From positions 1-53,859 of the forward strand of contig JBBSVW010000023.1 of the NCBI GenBank assembly GCA_038046605.1: DNA of 53,859 nucleotides, written 5' to 3'. This document shows positions 9,619 through 19,086 of the stretch, in pieces; within the stretch, counting starts at the first letter, position 1, and each line of letters starts with the position of its first letter. This stretch comes from Candidatus Micrarchaeota archaeon (GTDB lineage Archaea > Micrarchaeota > Micrarchaeia > Norongarragalinales > SBBD01). The notes beneath the pieces are model-generated. The model searched no databases. It was not told where the DNA came from and saw only the letters and a list, made by a program, of their open reading frames with translations. The translations under genes were made by a program, and so were the position numbers.

Positions 9619-10548
9619 ATGCAAAAGGAGGTTGTTGTTTTCCTGCTTGTCCTCGTTTTCCTTGGCATTGCCATCTTCAGCCTATCGGGCGCAAAAAGCG
9701 TTTCCCAGGATCAATTGGTTCCAGTTGTGGTTGCAGCGGCAGTGCTGCTAATTTTCCTCCCAAGAATCTACGAGTTCAAGGAATATGAGCGCGCAGTTGT
9801 GCTCCGTTTGGGAAGGTATAGCCGAACAGCCGGCCCGGGATGGGTTTTCATTTTCCCGGTTTTTGAGCGCTTCATCCCAGTTGACCTGCGGGTCCAGACG
9901 CTGGATACGAAGCCGCAGGATGCGCAAACCAAGGATGATGTGCGCATCAAGGTGGATGTTGTAAGCTTCATCCGCGTAACCAACCCCAAAAAAGTCGTGT
10001 TGGAGGTCCGCGACCTGAAAACCGCAATTGTCAAATTGCTCCAGGGTGAAATCCGCCTCGTCATCGGCAAAATGGACCTGGATGAGGTTATTGAGGAAAC
10101 GGAAAACATCAATGAGCACCTTTTTGGCAAATTGAAGGAGGTGGAGGAGGCATGGGGCTTTAATGTCCTTCGCGTGGAACTTGAGGAAATCGAGCTTCCG
10201 CCATCATTGGTTGTTGCGCGGACAAAGGCGCGGGAGGCAAAGGAATACAAGGAAAAGGCGGAAATCGAGGCAAGCGCCAGGCAGATATCACTTGAGATAT
10301 TGGACAAGGCGGCAAGCAAGATGAGCGACAAAACTATGACATATCTCTATTTGGATACGCTGAAAAAGATTTCCGAAGGGAAGAGCAACAAAATCATCTT
10401 TCCCCTTGAACTCTCCAGATTGGCAAGCAACATTGCAAATAGCCTGACGCCGGATAAGGAAAAGCAGGCGGTGAAATACGGGGAGATCATTGAGGATTTG
10501 AAAAAGGCGTATTTGGAAAAGCAAAAGGATGCGCTTGAAAAGTCATAG
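9619..10548 (+). CDS. SPFH/band 7 (stomatin-prohibitin) family membrane protein
   Basis: An N-terminal TM helix is followed by EYERAVVLRLGRYSRTAGPGWVFIFPVFERFIPVDLRVQTLD, the canonical stomatin core. A GTG at 9610 is an alternative start. Confidence 0.85.
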   Translation: MQKEVVVFLLVLVFLGIAIFSLSGAKSVSQDQLVPVVVAAAVLLIFLPRIYEFKEYERAVVLRLGRYSRTAGPGWVFIFPVFERFIPVDLRVQTLDTKPQDAQTKDDVRIKVDVVSFIRVTNPKKVVLEVRDLKTAIVKLLQGEIRLVIGKMDLDEVIEETENINEHLFGKLKEVEEAWGFNVLRVELEEIELPPSLVVARTKAREAKEYKEKAEIEASARQISLEILDKAASKMSDKTMTYLYLDTLKKISEGKSNKIIFPLELSRLASNIANSLTPDKEKQAVKYGEIIEDLKKAYLEKQKDALEKS

Positions 10549-10704
10549 GGGCAAACGGAAGAAATATCAATATAATCATAAGATATGCGTAATGAACCCA
10601 AACCGGGGATCAATACGGTGGCGCCTATTCTCCACCAATTTGAATCAAAGGTTGTTTAAATCTTGCCCAAGTAAAATGATTCAATAAATTCACGTGGTTT
10701 TTTT

Positions 10705-11373
10705 ATGAACGAAATCTCATACGATGCCCTCCGCAAGATACAGATGCAGGAGCGCAACTTTGGCGCGCTTTCAGCACTGGATGAGGATTTCTACGAAAAG
10801 TACAATTTGTGGATAATGGAGCAAAAACGGCTTTTGCAGGTGCAGTTTTCAATTGAAACACTTAAGGCTTTTGAAAATGCGAAAAAGATCATTGAGGAGG
10901 TAAGCGCTAAAAGGGAGCAGAAAATCGTGCTCAAGGCACTCAAGGATTTGCGCGCAAGCTCGGTTGATTCCTCCGGCCTTTCGCGTGAGGAAAAATCGCT
11001 CTATTTGAAACTTTTATCCATGGCAAAGGAATTCCAGGAATCGGTGGTATTGTTCTCCGAAAAGAAAACCGAATTCAAAAAATCGGAATCCTTGGGCAGC
11101 AGCGCAGCTGCAACTGAAAAAACCGTTTCCGAAAGGCTCTCAACAATCAAAATACTCGTTTCCATGGGCAAATTCGTGGCTCCGGATGGGGCGACCTACG
11201 GGCCATTTGAGCCTTCGCAAACCGTTAGCATTGAGAGCGGAATTGCCGAAATCCTCATCCGGAAGGGCGCTGCTAAAAAGCCGGATGATTTCGATGGCGC
11301 TCCTTCCGTTGATGCGCCGGATTCCGAGGATGGGATGAAAGGGGGGATGCCGGATACGGTTATAATGAATTAG
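10705..11373 (+). CDS. possible GINS (Gins51-like) replication subunit
   Basis: N-terminus SYDALRKIQMQERNFGALSALDEDFYEKYNLWI resembles the archaeal GINS N-terminal helix pattern. This is from memory only and unverified. Confidence 0.35.
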   Translation: MNEISYDALRKIQMQERNFGALSALDEDFYEKYNLWIMEQKRLLQVQFSIETLKAFENAKKIIEEVSAKREQKIVLKALKDLRASSVDSSGLSREEKSLYLKLLSMAKEFQESVVLFSEKKTEFKKSESLGSSAAATEKTVSERLSTIKILVSMGKFVAPDGATYGPFEPSQTVSIESGIAEILIRKGAAKKPDDFDGAPSVDAPDSEDGMKGGMPDTVIMN

Positions 11374-11382
11374 GTGAATCGC

Positions 11383-11511
11383 ATGAAAAAATACGATGCC
11401 ATCATCCTTGCAGTCCTCATGGTTGTTTTAGCTCTTATTATACTGGGATTTTTTATTAAGGAAATACTAACTCCCGGACCAACCGTAGGTTATGTGGGAG
11501 GAAGTCTTTAA
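11383..11511 (+). CDS. small membrane protein (42 aa)
   Basis: Manual translation gives MKKYDAIILAVLMVVLALIILGFFIKEILTPGPTVGYVGGSL, with a single TM helix. It starts 10 nt after the upstream stop. Confidence 0.3.
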   Translation: MKKYDAIILAVLMVVLALIILGFFIKEILTPGPTVGYVGGSL

Positions 11512-11554
11512 TTTGAACTATAATGAATGGAATTAGCCTGGAAGAAAATTTTGA

Positions 11555-11670
11555 CCCGTTTGAGGGGCTTTGCACCTAAACAATCCCGTTTATGTGCAGG
11601 GAGGGTAGTTTGTGTGCAGGATTAGGAGTTTATGTGCAGGAGCTACTTTATGTGCAAAGCCCGTTTGAGG
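11555..11670. repeat. iteron-like array: four copies of a 13-nt unit bracketed by direct and inverted repeats
   Basis: GTTTATGTGCAGG at 11588, GTTTGTGTGCAGG at 11608, GTTTATGTGCAGG at 11628 and CTTTATGTGCAAA at 11646 give spacing 20/20/18. CCCGTTTGAGG occurs at 11555 and 11660. GGGCTTTGCAC at 11565 is the reverse complement of GTGCAAAGCCC at 11652. Confidence 0.8.
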
Positions 11671-11807
11671 CAGTACAACGATTCAACGCATTTCAACTGC
11701 GGCGAGAAGCCGGCTTGAATGCACAATGGAAAAGCCAAGACCGAATGAGATTGGAAAAGCGTGCCGCTAGTTATTGATTTATTGAGGGAATATTGCACTT
11801 CCGGAAT

Positions 11808-12041
11808 TTAATGCGGAATCGGCAGCATCAGCGTCGTGATGAGTTTGGTGCCCTGCCTCCTCTTAATTTCCTGCAGCTCGCTTGATGAGAGGCATTCCAA
11901 ATGAAGTTCCATTGCCTCCTTGAGGTGTTTCACCGCATCATTCAAGGTATCCCCCTGCGAGGCAACATCCAATTCGGGGCACCATGCGGAATAGCTCTTT
12001 GCTTCCGGAAAAACCACAATTGAAAAGCCGAAATATTTCAT
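11808..12041 (-). CDS. HicB-like antitoxin (orphan)
   Basis: SYSAWCPELDVASQGDTLNDAVKHLKEAMELHLE matches the HicB-like antitoxin pattern (CPEL...SQGDT..EA...I.EA.EL.LE). No adjacent hicA. Confidence 0.7.
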   Translation of the reverse strand: MKYFGFSIVVFPEAKSYSAWCPELDVASQGDTLNDAVKHLKEAMELHLECLSSSELQEIKRRQGTKLITTLMLPIPH

Positions 12042-12354
12042 GATTTAAATAGGAACGAGGAAATTTATATAATTGCGCTAAGGCCGATAATTAGGCAGTC
12101 CGGCTTTTCTGTCGAAGAATTCTCCTTCCTTGTGAAATAGAGCAGCCACTTTGGACATTTCAATTGCGGCGGAAATCCGGCGTAATAAACGCCCATTTAA
12201 CGGAAACCAAACCCCAAAGCCAAGGAATAGTATTAAAACCCTCCACGTCCCAAATAATAGCTCCTCATACTACTGTATTTTGTGGATTTGGGGGTTTTTC
12301 AGGCGGATTAATGGTTTAGCCGTTTTTCCCCTATTCATAGTCAGGTGTTAAAGA

Positions 12355-12642
12355 ATGATCGTCCCAAAGGAAATCAACACATACTGCCCGTATTGCAGGA
12401 AGCACCGCGTGCACAAGGTGAAGGTCAGCACAAGCAAGTACAAGGCGGGCAGGAGCCTTGCCTGGGGAACGCGCAAGCACGAAAGGAAACTCGCCGGATT
12501 CCACGGAAAAGTCAAGGGCAAGGCAAAGGTCAAAAAGCAGGGCATCCGAAACAAGCTCATGCTGGAATGCCTAACCTGCCACAAGAAGCATGAAACAGTG
12601 ACAACGGGAAGGATGAAGAAGAAATCCGAAGTTGCAAAGTAA
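12355..12642 (+). CDS. rpl44e: 50S ribosomal protein L44e
   Basis: Starts MIVPKEINTYCPYCRKHRVHKV and later has LECLTCHKKH, a CxxC...CxxC zinc ribbon with a basic composition typical of L44e. Confidence 0.9.
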   Translation: MIVPKEINTYCPYCRKHRVHKVKVSTSKYKAGRSLAWGTRKHERKLAGFHGKVKGKAKVKKQGIRNKLMLECLTCHKKHETVTTGRMKKKSEVAK

Positions 12643-12671
12643 AATTCTTTTGAAAAAAGGATGAGAAAATT

Positions 12672-12836
12672 ATGGCAAGATTCCTGAAAATACAATGCGA
12701 ATGCGGCGCGGATTCCGAAATCGTTTATGGCGATGCGAAAAGCGCCCGCAATTGCAAGGGCTGCAACCGGCAAATCGTCTCACCAAGGGGCGGGAGGGCG
12801 AAGATCAATGCTCGCGTTGTGGAAGTATTAAGCTAG
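12672..12836 (+). CDS. rps27e: 30S ribosomal protein S27e
   Basis: Manual translation (54 aa, not in the ORF track) gives MARFLKIQCECGADSEIVYGDAKSARNCKGCNRQIVSPRGGRAKINARVVEVLS. It has the S27e zinc-ribbon pattern and its conserved position after L44e. Confidence 0.85.
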   Translation: MARFLKIQCECGADSEIVYGDAKSARNCKGCNRQIVSPRGGRAKINARVVEVLS

Positions 12837-12946
12837 ATAAATTATTTGGATTTGGGATAAATTGTTGGGAGGGTAAAATACCGCCCCATATTCCCAAACC
12901 TCTTATCAAATCTTTTTTTTCTTAATTCATTCGAGGCATAGAAAAA

Positions 12947-13699
12947 ATGGCTAATTTTCCTGAAATTGGCGAATTCGTGATCGTCACCGTAAACAAGATC
13001 ATGCCTTACGGCGCTTTTTGCTCCCTCCAGGAATATGGCAGCATGGAGGCGTTCTTGCACGTATCCGAGGTCTCATCCGGATGGGTCAAGAACATACGCG
13101 ATTTCGTAAAGGAAGGCCAGAAATCAGTTGCAATGGTTAGCCGCATCGATGTTGAAAAGCGGCAAATCGACCTTTCAATCAAGCGCGTTTCCGAATCCGA
13201 CAAAAAGCGAAAGCTCGAAAGCTTCCAAATGGGCAAGCGCGCAGAAAAGCTCCTGGAAAGGGCGGCCCAGAAATTAAAATTAACACTAAAGGATGCCATG
13301 AAGGAGGTTGGCGAACTGCTCATTGTGGAATACGGCGACCTATACTCCGCATTCGAGGGGTTCAAGGAAGGCAATATTTCAAAGAAGATCCCTGCTCAAT
13401 GGATCCCGGTTTTGCAGGAGGTTGCGGATGCCGAAATCAAGGAAAAGGTAATCAATGCAAGGGCGGAAATCAAAATCCAAAGCTTTGAAAGCGATGGGCT
13501 GGATAAAATCAAAACCGGCCTCCTGAAAATCCCAAAAGCAGCCCCCGGCGTTACGGTCCATTACATTGGCGCCCCCAAATACTATGTTGATTTCACGGTG
13601 AAGGATCCAAAGGATGTGGATAAGACGATTGGAAAAATCGAAAAAATGCTTGCTTTGGAGGCGGGATTGGAAATTTCAATTGCACGCATAAAGGGATGA
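12947..13699 (+). CDS. eif2a: translation initiation factor aIF-2 alpha subunit
   Basis: N-terminal S1 domain: GEFVIVTVNKIMPYGAFCSLQEYGSMEAFLHVSEVSSGWVKNIRDFVKEGQ. Conserved position after S27e. Confidence 0.9.
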   Translation: MANFPEIGEFVIVTVNKIMPYGAFCSLQEYGSMEAFLHVSEVSSGWVKNIRDFVKEGQKSVAMVSRIDVEKRQIDLSIKRVSESDKKRKLESFQMGKRAEKLLERAAQKLKLTLKDAMKEVGELLIVEYGDLYSAFEGFKEGNISKKIPAQWIPVLQEVADAEIKEKVINARAEIKIQSFESDGLDKIKTGLLKIPKAAPGVTVHYIGAPKYYVDFTVKDPKDVDKTIGKIEKMLALEAGLEISIARIKG

Positions 13700-13825
13700 A
13701 AAACAAAGGGGGCGGATGGGTTGATTTTTTCTAATTTTCAGATGGCGTATTGCCCATCAATCAAAAATTGGCCTTCAATTAAAAAAAATTCGGCATTAAA
13801 ATTAATTCCAAAAACGTTGATATCC

Positions 13826-13996
13826 ATGCAATACCTCCTCAAAAACTGCGGCAATTGCGGCGCATACACAATGGAGGCAAAATGCCCCAAATGCGCAGGT
13901 GAAACGAAAATCGCCCACCCAACTAAGTATTCTAAGGAGGATAAGTATGCAATTTACAGGAGGAAGGAGCTGTATCCGGAATTATTCAAGGATTGA
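13826..13996 (+). CDS. nop10: H/ACA RNP protein Nop10
   Basis: MQYLLKNCGNCGAYTMEAKCPKCAGETKIAHPTKYSKEDKYAIYRR has the Nop10 zinc ribbon plus the P-x-(K/R)-(F/Y)-S-x-x-D-K-Y motif. The longer ORF from 13721 is unlikely. Confidence 0.85.
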   Translation: MQYLLKNCGNCGAYTMEAKCPKCAGETKIAHPTKYSKEDKYAIYRRKELYPELFKD

Positions 13997-14223
13997 ACAC
14001 ATGGGAGCGATTGGCGCAATTGCGAAATAAACCGCAACGGTTAATAAGGGCGAAATCCGCTACAATCAGGCTGCAACGCATAAATGGCCTCCAGCAGGCA
14101 AATTGGGGATTTGGGAAAGGGAGGAATTGCGGCAAATGGGGGGCAAAATCAAATTAAGCCCTGAATCCGATTAAGTTAAATGATAATTTATTAAAGTGAA
14201 ATTTCCAAATAGGGTAGGTAAAC

Positions 14224-15027
14224 ATGAAAACATTCGTTTCTGAAACGGAATTTCCGATGACGGAATCAACAATTCGGATCAAGAAGGATATCAAGGCTAA
14301 AGATCCCCTTTTGATAGTTGGGCTTCCGGGCATTGGCTTTGTTTCCAAGCTGGCAGCGGATCATCTGATAAAAACCGCAAAAGCCGAGCACTTTGCAACC
14401 CTTTACTCGCCCAATTTCCCAAACCAGGTAATTGCGCTCAAATCCGGCAATTTGAAGCTTTTTTCCATGCGCTTTTTCTACAAGAAATTCAAGGGGAGGG
14501 ATTTGATCATTGTGAAGGGCGATGTGCAGCCCCTGACTGTGGAAGGGCAGTATGAGGTTTCCGCCAAAATCCTCAATTTCTTCAAGACACTTGGAGGCTC
14601 GGAAATTGTTGCTATGGCTGGTTATGCGGTAAATAAGAAAACTGAAAAACCTACTATCTTTTGCACCTCCAATTCCAAATCGCATTTGAAATATTTCCTT
14701 TCAATTGGCGCAAAGCAAAACGATGCGATCATACCAATTGTAGGGATGGCTGGGCTCGTTCCAGGCATTGCAAGGCTCTTTGACATAAAAGGCTCCTGCC
14801 TTTTAGTGGAAACGCAGGGGCAGGCAATTGACGCGGTTGGCGCAACATCCCTGCTCGATATGATCAGCAAGATGGTCAAGGAAAAGATCAACACGGACGC
14901 CCTTCAAGGGAAGGCGAAAAAGACGGAGGATGTGATCCGGAAAATCGAGCAGCAGGCAATGGGCGAGGGCAGGCAGATGGGAGGCGGCGATGCTCCTAAA
15001 AAGGAAGTTTTGACGTACATCCATTAA
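14224..15027 (+). CDS. PAC2 (proteasome assembly chaperone 2-like) family protein
   Basis: LIVGLPGIGFVSKLAADHLIK is the typical PAC2 N-terminal motif. The gene follows Nop10, as in many archaea. Confidence 0.7.
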   Translation: MKTFVSETEFPMTESTIRIKKDIKAKDPLLIVGLPGIGFVSKLAADHLIKTAKAEHFATLYSPNFPNQVIALKSGNLKLFSMRFFYKKFKGRDLIIVKGDVQPLTVEGQYEVSAKILNFFKTLGGSEIVAMAGYAVNKKTEKPTIFCTSNSKSHLKYFLSIGAKQNDAIIPIVGMAGLVPGIARLFDIKGSCLLVETQGQAIDAVGATSLLDMISKMVKEKINTDALQGKAKKTEDVIRKIEQQAMGEGRQMGGGDAPKKEVLTYIH

Positions 15028-15042
15028 TTTATTCCTTCCTTA

Positions 15043-15057
15043 TTTTTCATTTTTTTT
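15043..15057 (+). terminator. oligo-T tract downstream of the PAC2 gene
   Basis: TTTTT followed by T8, 16-30 nt after the stop. Archaeal terminators are typically T-runs. Confidence 0.35.
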
Positions 15058-15177
15058 AGCTAATGGCTATTTGGAAAACGCAGGGAGCAAATTGAACTTG
15101 CCAAACTAGCCTTTATCCTGAACTTATTTGCATTTCCACCCAAAAGCCTTTTATATGCAATTGCATATAACATTGCT

Positions 15178-15447
15178 ATGGAAAACACCGTGGTTTTGCC
15201 GCCAATAAAGATCGGAAGGAAGTTTGTCGAGGATCTCGACAAGCTTGTCGAGGAGGGTTACTACCGCAGCAGGAGCGAGGCGGTACGGGACGCAGTAAAA
15301 AGGCTTGTTTTGGAGATGAAGAGAATTATGGCCATAGATGAAGCCGTGACTGGTACTAGGGAAATCCGAAAGGAATTGTGGGATAGGGCATTAAAAGCAG
15401 CCGATGGGGACAGGGTCAGGGCAATGTACCTTTATGGAAAGGGTTGA
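15178..15447 (+). CDS. ribbon-helix-helix (CopG-like) DNA-binding protein
   Basis: KIGRKFVEDLDKLVEEGYYRSRSEAVRDAVKRLV has the RHH pattern (strand, then Y-x-SRSE-x-(I/V)R-x-A helix). Confidence 0.65.
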   Translation: MENTVVLPPIKIGRKFVEDLDKLVEEGYYRSRSEAVRDAVKRLVLEMKRIMAIDEAVTGTREIRKELWDRALKAADGDRVRAMYLYGKG

Positions 15448-15867
15448 TCAATCTAGTTCATTAAGATTTTTTACCGTCATTTTCCTGGCTGCTGCTTTTC
15501 CAAAATCTGAATCAAACGTGACTAGCGCATCTGCGAAGTTCTTGGCTATCATAAAATGGACCGAATCTGGATGGTGGAACCCCAGGCCCTCATCCGAAAT
15601 TACATTTGCGGCAACCAATAATTCATCCGTTAATTCGGCCCAGATCAATTTCTTGCCAACCTGACGGATAAAATCCGCCCATGGGCCCTCTAATTGAGGA
15701 TATTTAGAAAGCATTTCCTTTTCTATCAATTCACTGGCAATGATGAAATGTTTGCAGTCAATTGCTGAATTCACGAATTTTTCAAAATCTGGGAAAACCA
15801 ATTTTCCCTCGCGTTTTTCCAATAGCCACGCCGCATCGTAAACGGATGTGTCCAGGTAAACTCGCAT
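15448..15867 (-). CDS. PIN-domain (VapC-like) protein
   Basis: Has MRVYLDTSVY at the N-terminus and a distal LVTFDSDF. It is convergent with the RHH gene, and the two stop codons share one TGATCA palindrome at 15445..15450. Confidence 0.65.
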   Translation of the reverse strand: MRVYLDTSVYDAAWLLEKREGKLVFPDFEKFVNSAIDCKHFIIASELIEKEMLSKYPQLEGPWADFIRQVGKKLIWAELTDELLVAANVISDEGLGFHHPDSVHFMIAKNFADALVTFDSDFGKAAARKMTVKNLNELD

Positions 15868-16010
15868 GGAGGGTTTGCCCAGCATCCACTTGAATAAGGT
15901 TTGGTAGAAAAAAAGTAAACGAATAGTTGATATTTTAAGTTCGTAAGCTAAAACGGGCTTAAATCATCAATCAACCCAAATTAATTCTCCCACCGGAATT
16001 TAGCCAAACT

Positions 16011-18959
16011 TTAGTTTTGCCCATCATCTTGCTTTTTCTTTTTGAGGGCATCAATTAGCTTATCCAGATCCGGATTGGAATAATCGGCAGGTGGCGCTTT
16101 GGGCAATTCATGCAGAGGTGTTTCATCAATTGCTTGGGGTTTTTGGATGCCGGATTTCTTTTGCTCTCCAAGCAGTTCAAATCCCTGCAATTCCGTCTTG
16201 CCTTCCGTTAGTTCCTGCGCCCTTTTCCTTTCGATGATTTTTGAAATGTCGGGCTCTTCCGAATAATTTGTTGCGCTGGCATTGCCAGTTTCGCTTCCTA
16301 ATTGCCCTTTTGCGCCGCCAACCCTTTCGCTTCCAGATCCGCTTCCGCCAAACCCTTGCCCGCTTTCGCCCCCGCCTAAATTGATCCGTTCCTTTTTAGG
16401 ATGCTTCTTGTACCATTCCCGGAGGCGCGCTTCGGTCAAAGTTTTGTTTTCCTCCAAGCGCTTTGTTTCCTCCTTGAATTCCTGCTCCTTGATCAGCCCC
16501 TTCATGAATTTCAAGTTGAGCTCCTCCTTGTAGTGCGGAACGGTATATGCCAGGTAATTTTCAAGCCTTGGACCATACAGGCGATCCTTCCTTTTCTTGT
16601 AAATGATGCTTCCTCCGGTAAGGGCGATCACGAATACTGAAATTGCCAAAAGCAAAATGAAAATAACGTTCCTTTCCGTATCGGGCACAAAAACCTTTGA
16701 AACCTGCGCCGGCTTGCCATTTTCCAGGATGACGCTAATTTTCCCCGATTGCCCTTCCGCGTTTTTAAGAGTGATGAAGTATTCCCCCTTTGCCAGGGGC
16801 TGCATCTCGCATTTGAAATTGCCCTTTGATCCCAAATAGCCCGGCTCGCAGTTGCAATAGCCGGATCCTTCCGGATGCTCGCATATGGGCTGGCCTATGA
16901 TGTCGGATTTGCTGTTGGTTTGTACGTAAACATCCACATTGTCCGTTTCCCTTATGATTTCGGGCTCGGTCAGGTAACCAAGCGGTGAAATTTCATTGCC
17001 CCTGCCGCCGGCTGGGATTTCAATTGTTTCATTATCCGTCTTGTTGTATTCGATTTTTATCGGGGGCTTGTCCGGCCCCTGGTCGATGCCGGTGGAAGAG
17101 CCGGTTTTGCAGAATGTGTCGTCCAGGCTCCATAGGAATTTTTCACCCTGCCTAATGCAATAGTGGTTTTTGCCTCTGCAAACGAATGGATTTTGTATAG
17201 TGTCGCAAAGGTTTAGCTTGTCGCATTTAAGTTCAGCGTATATGCATTTTCCATCGGTGGTGCTTGTCCCTTGTACGCAATTGGCATCCACCCTTAGCCC
17301 TTCCGGGGAGCAGCTTTCCTTGCAGAATGAATTGTCCGGAACGCCAATGCAGCCACCCTGGGAGACATCGCAGGAAGCGGTGAAGCAGCCGGTTGCTTTG
17401 CAAATTTCCCCAGCTGGATTTAGGATTTTGCATTCCCCATTTACAGCTTGCATTTTGAAGAACTTTGCGCCTGTGCAATAGTTGCTTGAATCGCAAAACC
17501 TCGAATCATCTGCAAGAGTTTGGAAGGTCAAATAACCTGTCGATGGATATACACTCGATGTGCCACCTGCGCCAAAGCTTGTTATCTTGAACCGGTATAT
17601 TTTGCCTTTTTCCAATGGGCTTAATGTTATTGTATGCTGGGCAGAACTTGTTTTGATTTCCTGGAATTTTCCAAAGCCATCAATCCCGAAGTCTATACGG
17701 CTTGATGATGGAATATCAGTTTCCCAGGCAATTTTTGAAGTTGTTCCTGATGGGGTGGAAATAATTGTATCCGGATAAACTAAAGGTGGGGAAACTTTTT
17801 GGGTTATTTGGATGAATAAGGCTGAACCTAAATCAATATTGGATGCAAGACCGGTAATTACTAAATCCGGCAATATTTCATGCGAGCCATTCACCCAGCC
17901 ATCGGTTGGGATTGTTGCCGTGAATGTGATTTTATCTCCCGGCTGGAGTGTAAGTCCGCTATTTTCCCGATCAAAGAAGGCATTTGTGATCCTTCTGTAG
18001 GATGTTGCGGAAGCCGCCCTTTCCTTTGCATAGACGGTAACAATTGTTGGCCTATTCCCCTTGTTTTCGACGGTTATTGCAGCTAGCAACACTGACCCTT
18101 CGGAAACCAGGTTTGAGCCGCTTCCCCCTGCATTCTGGATTGTTGCGCGCAAACGGTAGATCGCAACAGGTGGGCTTGGCGAAACGCCGGTTGTTGGCAC
18201 CGGCGTTGGGGTTGGCGTTGCGGTCAGGTTTGTCTGGTCGGTTTGGAAGGAGCCGGTAACGGATGAACAAATATCCAAGTTATTCAGATCGCAACTTGTG
18301 ATATTATAGTAATAAACCGTATTATTGGTTAAAGAGTCATTCAGATATATCGCTTCAGCATTCGAAAAGCTTTGTGTATAAACAACGGGTAGCGAGCTTG
18401 GTAAAATTCCTAACCGGAAGATATTTAGGGTATTATCAAAAGGAGTTGACCCATCCTGCTTTTTGGTAAAGTAATGGAATTGGGCGGATTGGTTTGTTGT
18501 TGTGATTTGGAGATTTGTGATTTGAGGCGGGGACGGGGGTGGAACGATGATCGTATCCATTTTTTTTGTATTTAAATTTCCCGGCAAGTTACAGGTTATT
18601 ATCAGATCATCAGGATCCGTAATGAAAGCACCCGATTTTATTGTAACTGGCAAACTGCCAGGCACTGCAATATTCGAACAGGAAATATTATGTAATTCAG
18701 GATTTCCGTTACAAACAAAAGAAAATTGGATGATACTTCTCGGTGAAGATCCATCATCAATACATGCGTACGATATTTTACGATTGCCAGCATAATATGA
18801 GTCGCAAGTAATGCTTAAAGCTATATTAAAATCAACATAGCCATTTGGTATCCCCACTACTTGCTGATTGGAGGACATGTATTCACAATAACCCATAATG
18901 GCATTTGTAAAAGGCAGGCCGAGTATTATCATAAATAACGAAAGTTGTAAAATTTTCAT
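16011..18959 (-). CDS. large type I membrane surface protein (FN3-like and CARDB-like modules, Cys-rich region, TM helix, coiled-coil/SHOCT-like tail)
   Basis: Signal peptide MKILQLSLFMIILGLPFTNA. It has PT linker TATPTPTPVPTTG, an FN3-like KIAWETDIPSSSRIDFGID...GKIYRFKITS, more than 30 Cys in about 140 aa, and TM helix VIFILLLAISVFVIALTGGSIIY followed by KKRK. The cytoplasmic tail carries LKFMKGLIKEQEFKEETKRLEEN. Confidence 0.85.
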   Translation of the reverse strand: MKILQLSLFMIILGLPFTNAIMGYCEYMSSNQQVVGIPNGYVDFNIALSITCDSYYAGNRKISYACIDDGSSPRSIIQFSFVCNGNPELHNISCSNIAVPGSLPVTIKSGAFITDPDDLIITCNLPGNLNTKKMDTIIVPPPSPPQITNLQITTTNQSAQFHYFTKKQDGSTPFDNTLNIFRLGILPSSLPVVYTQSFSNAEAIYLNDSLTNNTVYYYNITSCDLNNLDICSSVTGSFQTDQTNLTATPTPTPVPTTGVSPSPPVAIYRLRATIQNAGGSGSNLVSEGSVLLAAITVENKGNRPTIVTVYAKERAASATSYRRITNAFFDRENSGLTLQPGDKITFTATIPTDGWVNGSHEILPDLVITGLASNIDLGSALFIQITQKVSPPLVYPDTIISTPSGTTSKIAWETDIPSSSRIDFGIDGFGKFQEIKTSSAQHTITLSPLEKGKIYRFKITSFGAGGTSSVYPSTGYLTFQTLADDSRFCDSSNYCTGAKFFKMQAVNGECKILNPAGEICKATGCFTASCDVSQGGCIGVPDNSFCKESCSPEGLRVDANCVQGTSTTDGKCIYAELKCDKLNLCDTIQNPFVCRGKNHYCIRQGEKFLWSLDDTFCKTGSSTGIDQGPDKPPIKIEYNKTDNETIEIPAGGRGNEISPLGYLTEPEIIRETDNVDVYVQTNSKSDIIGQPICEHPEGSGYCNCEPGYLGSKGNFKCEMQPLAKGEYFITLKNAEGQSGKISVILENGKPAQVSKVFVPDTERNVIFILLLAISVFVIALTGGSIIYKKRKDRLYGPRLENYLAYTVPHYKEELNLKFMKGLIKEQEFKEETKRLEENKTLTEARLREWYKKHPKKERINLGGGESGQGFGGSGSGSERVGGAKGQLGSETGNASATNYSEEPDISKIIERKRAQELTEGKTELQGFELLGEQKKSGIQKPQAIDETPLHELPKAPPADYSNPDLDKLIDALKKKKQDDGQN

Positions 18960-19086
18960 TCATTTGCACCGAATGTCAGTTATCATACTTTTACGGCATA
19001 TATTAAGGTTGACAATTACGCCAAATATCGAATAAAAAGATTAATAAGTAATAAAATCCAAATATAATTGCTATTAAGGTGATATA

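Noticed and set aside
11588-11658. CRISPR-like array
   Set aside because: The units are only 13 nt with spacing of 5-7 nt. There are no unique spacers of 30 nt or so, and no cas genes.
11592-11777. A 61-aa ORF covering the iteron-like repeats
   Set aside because: Its N-terminal sequence is generated by the nucleotide repeats themselves. It has no start context or motif, so the repeats are more plausibly non-coding.
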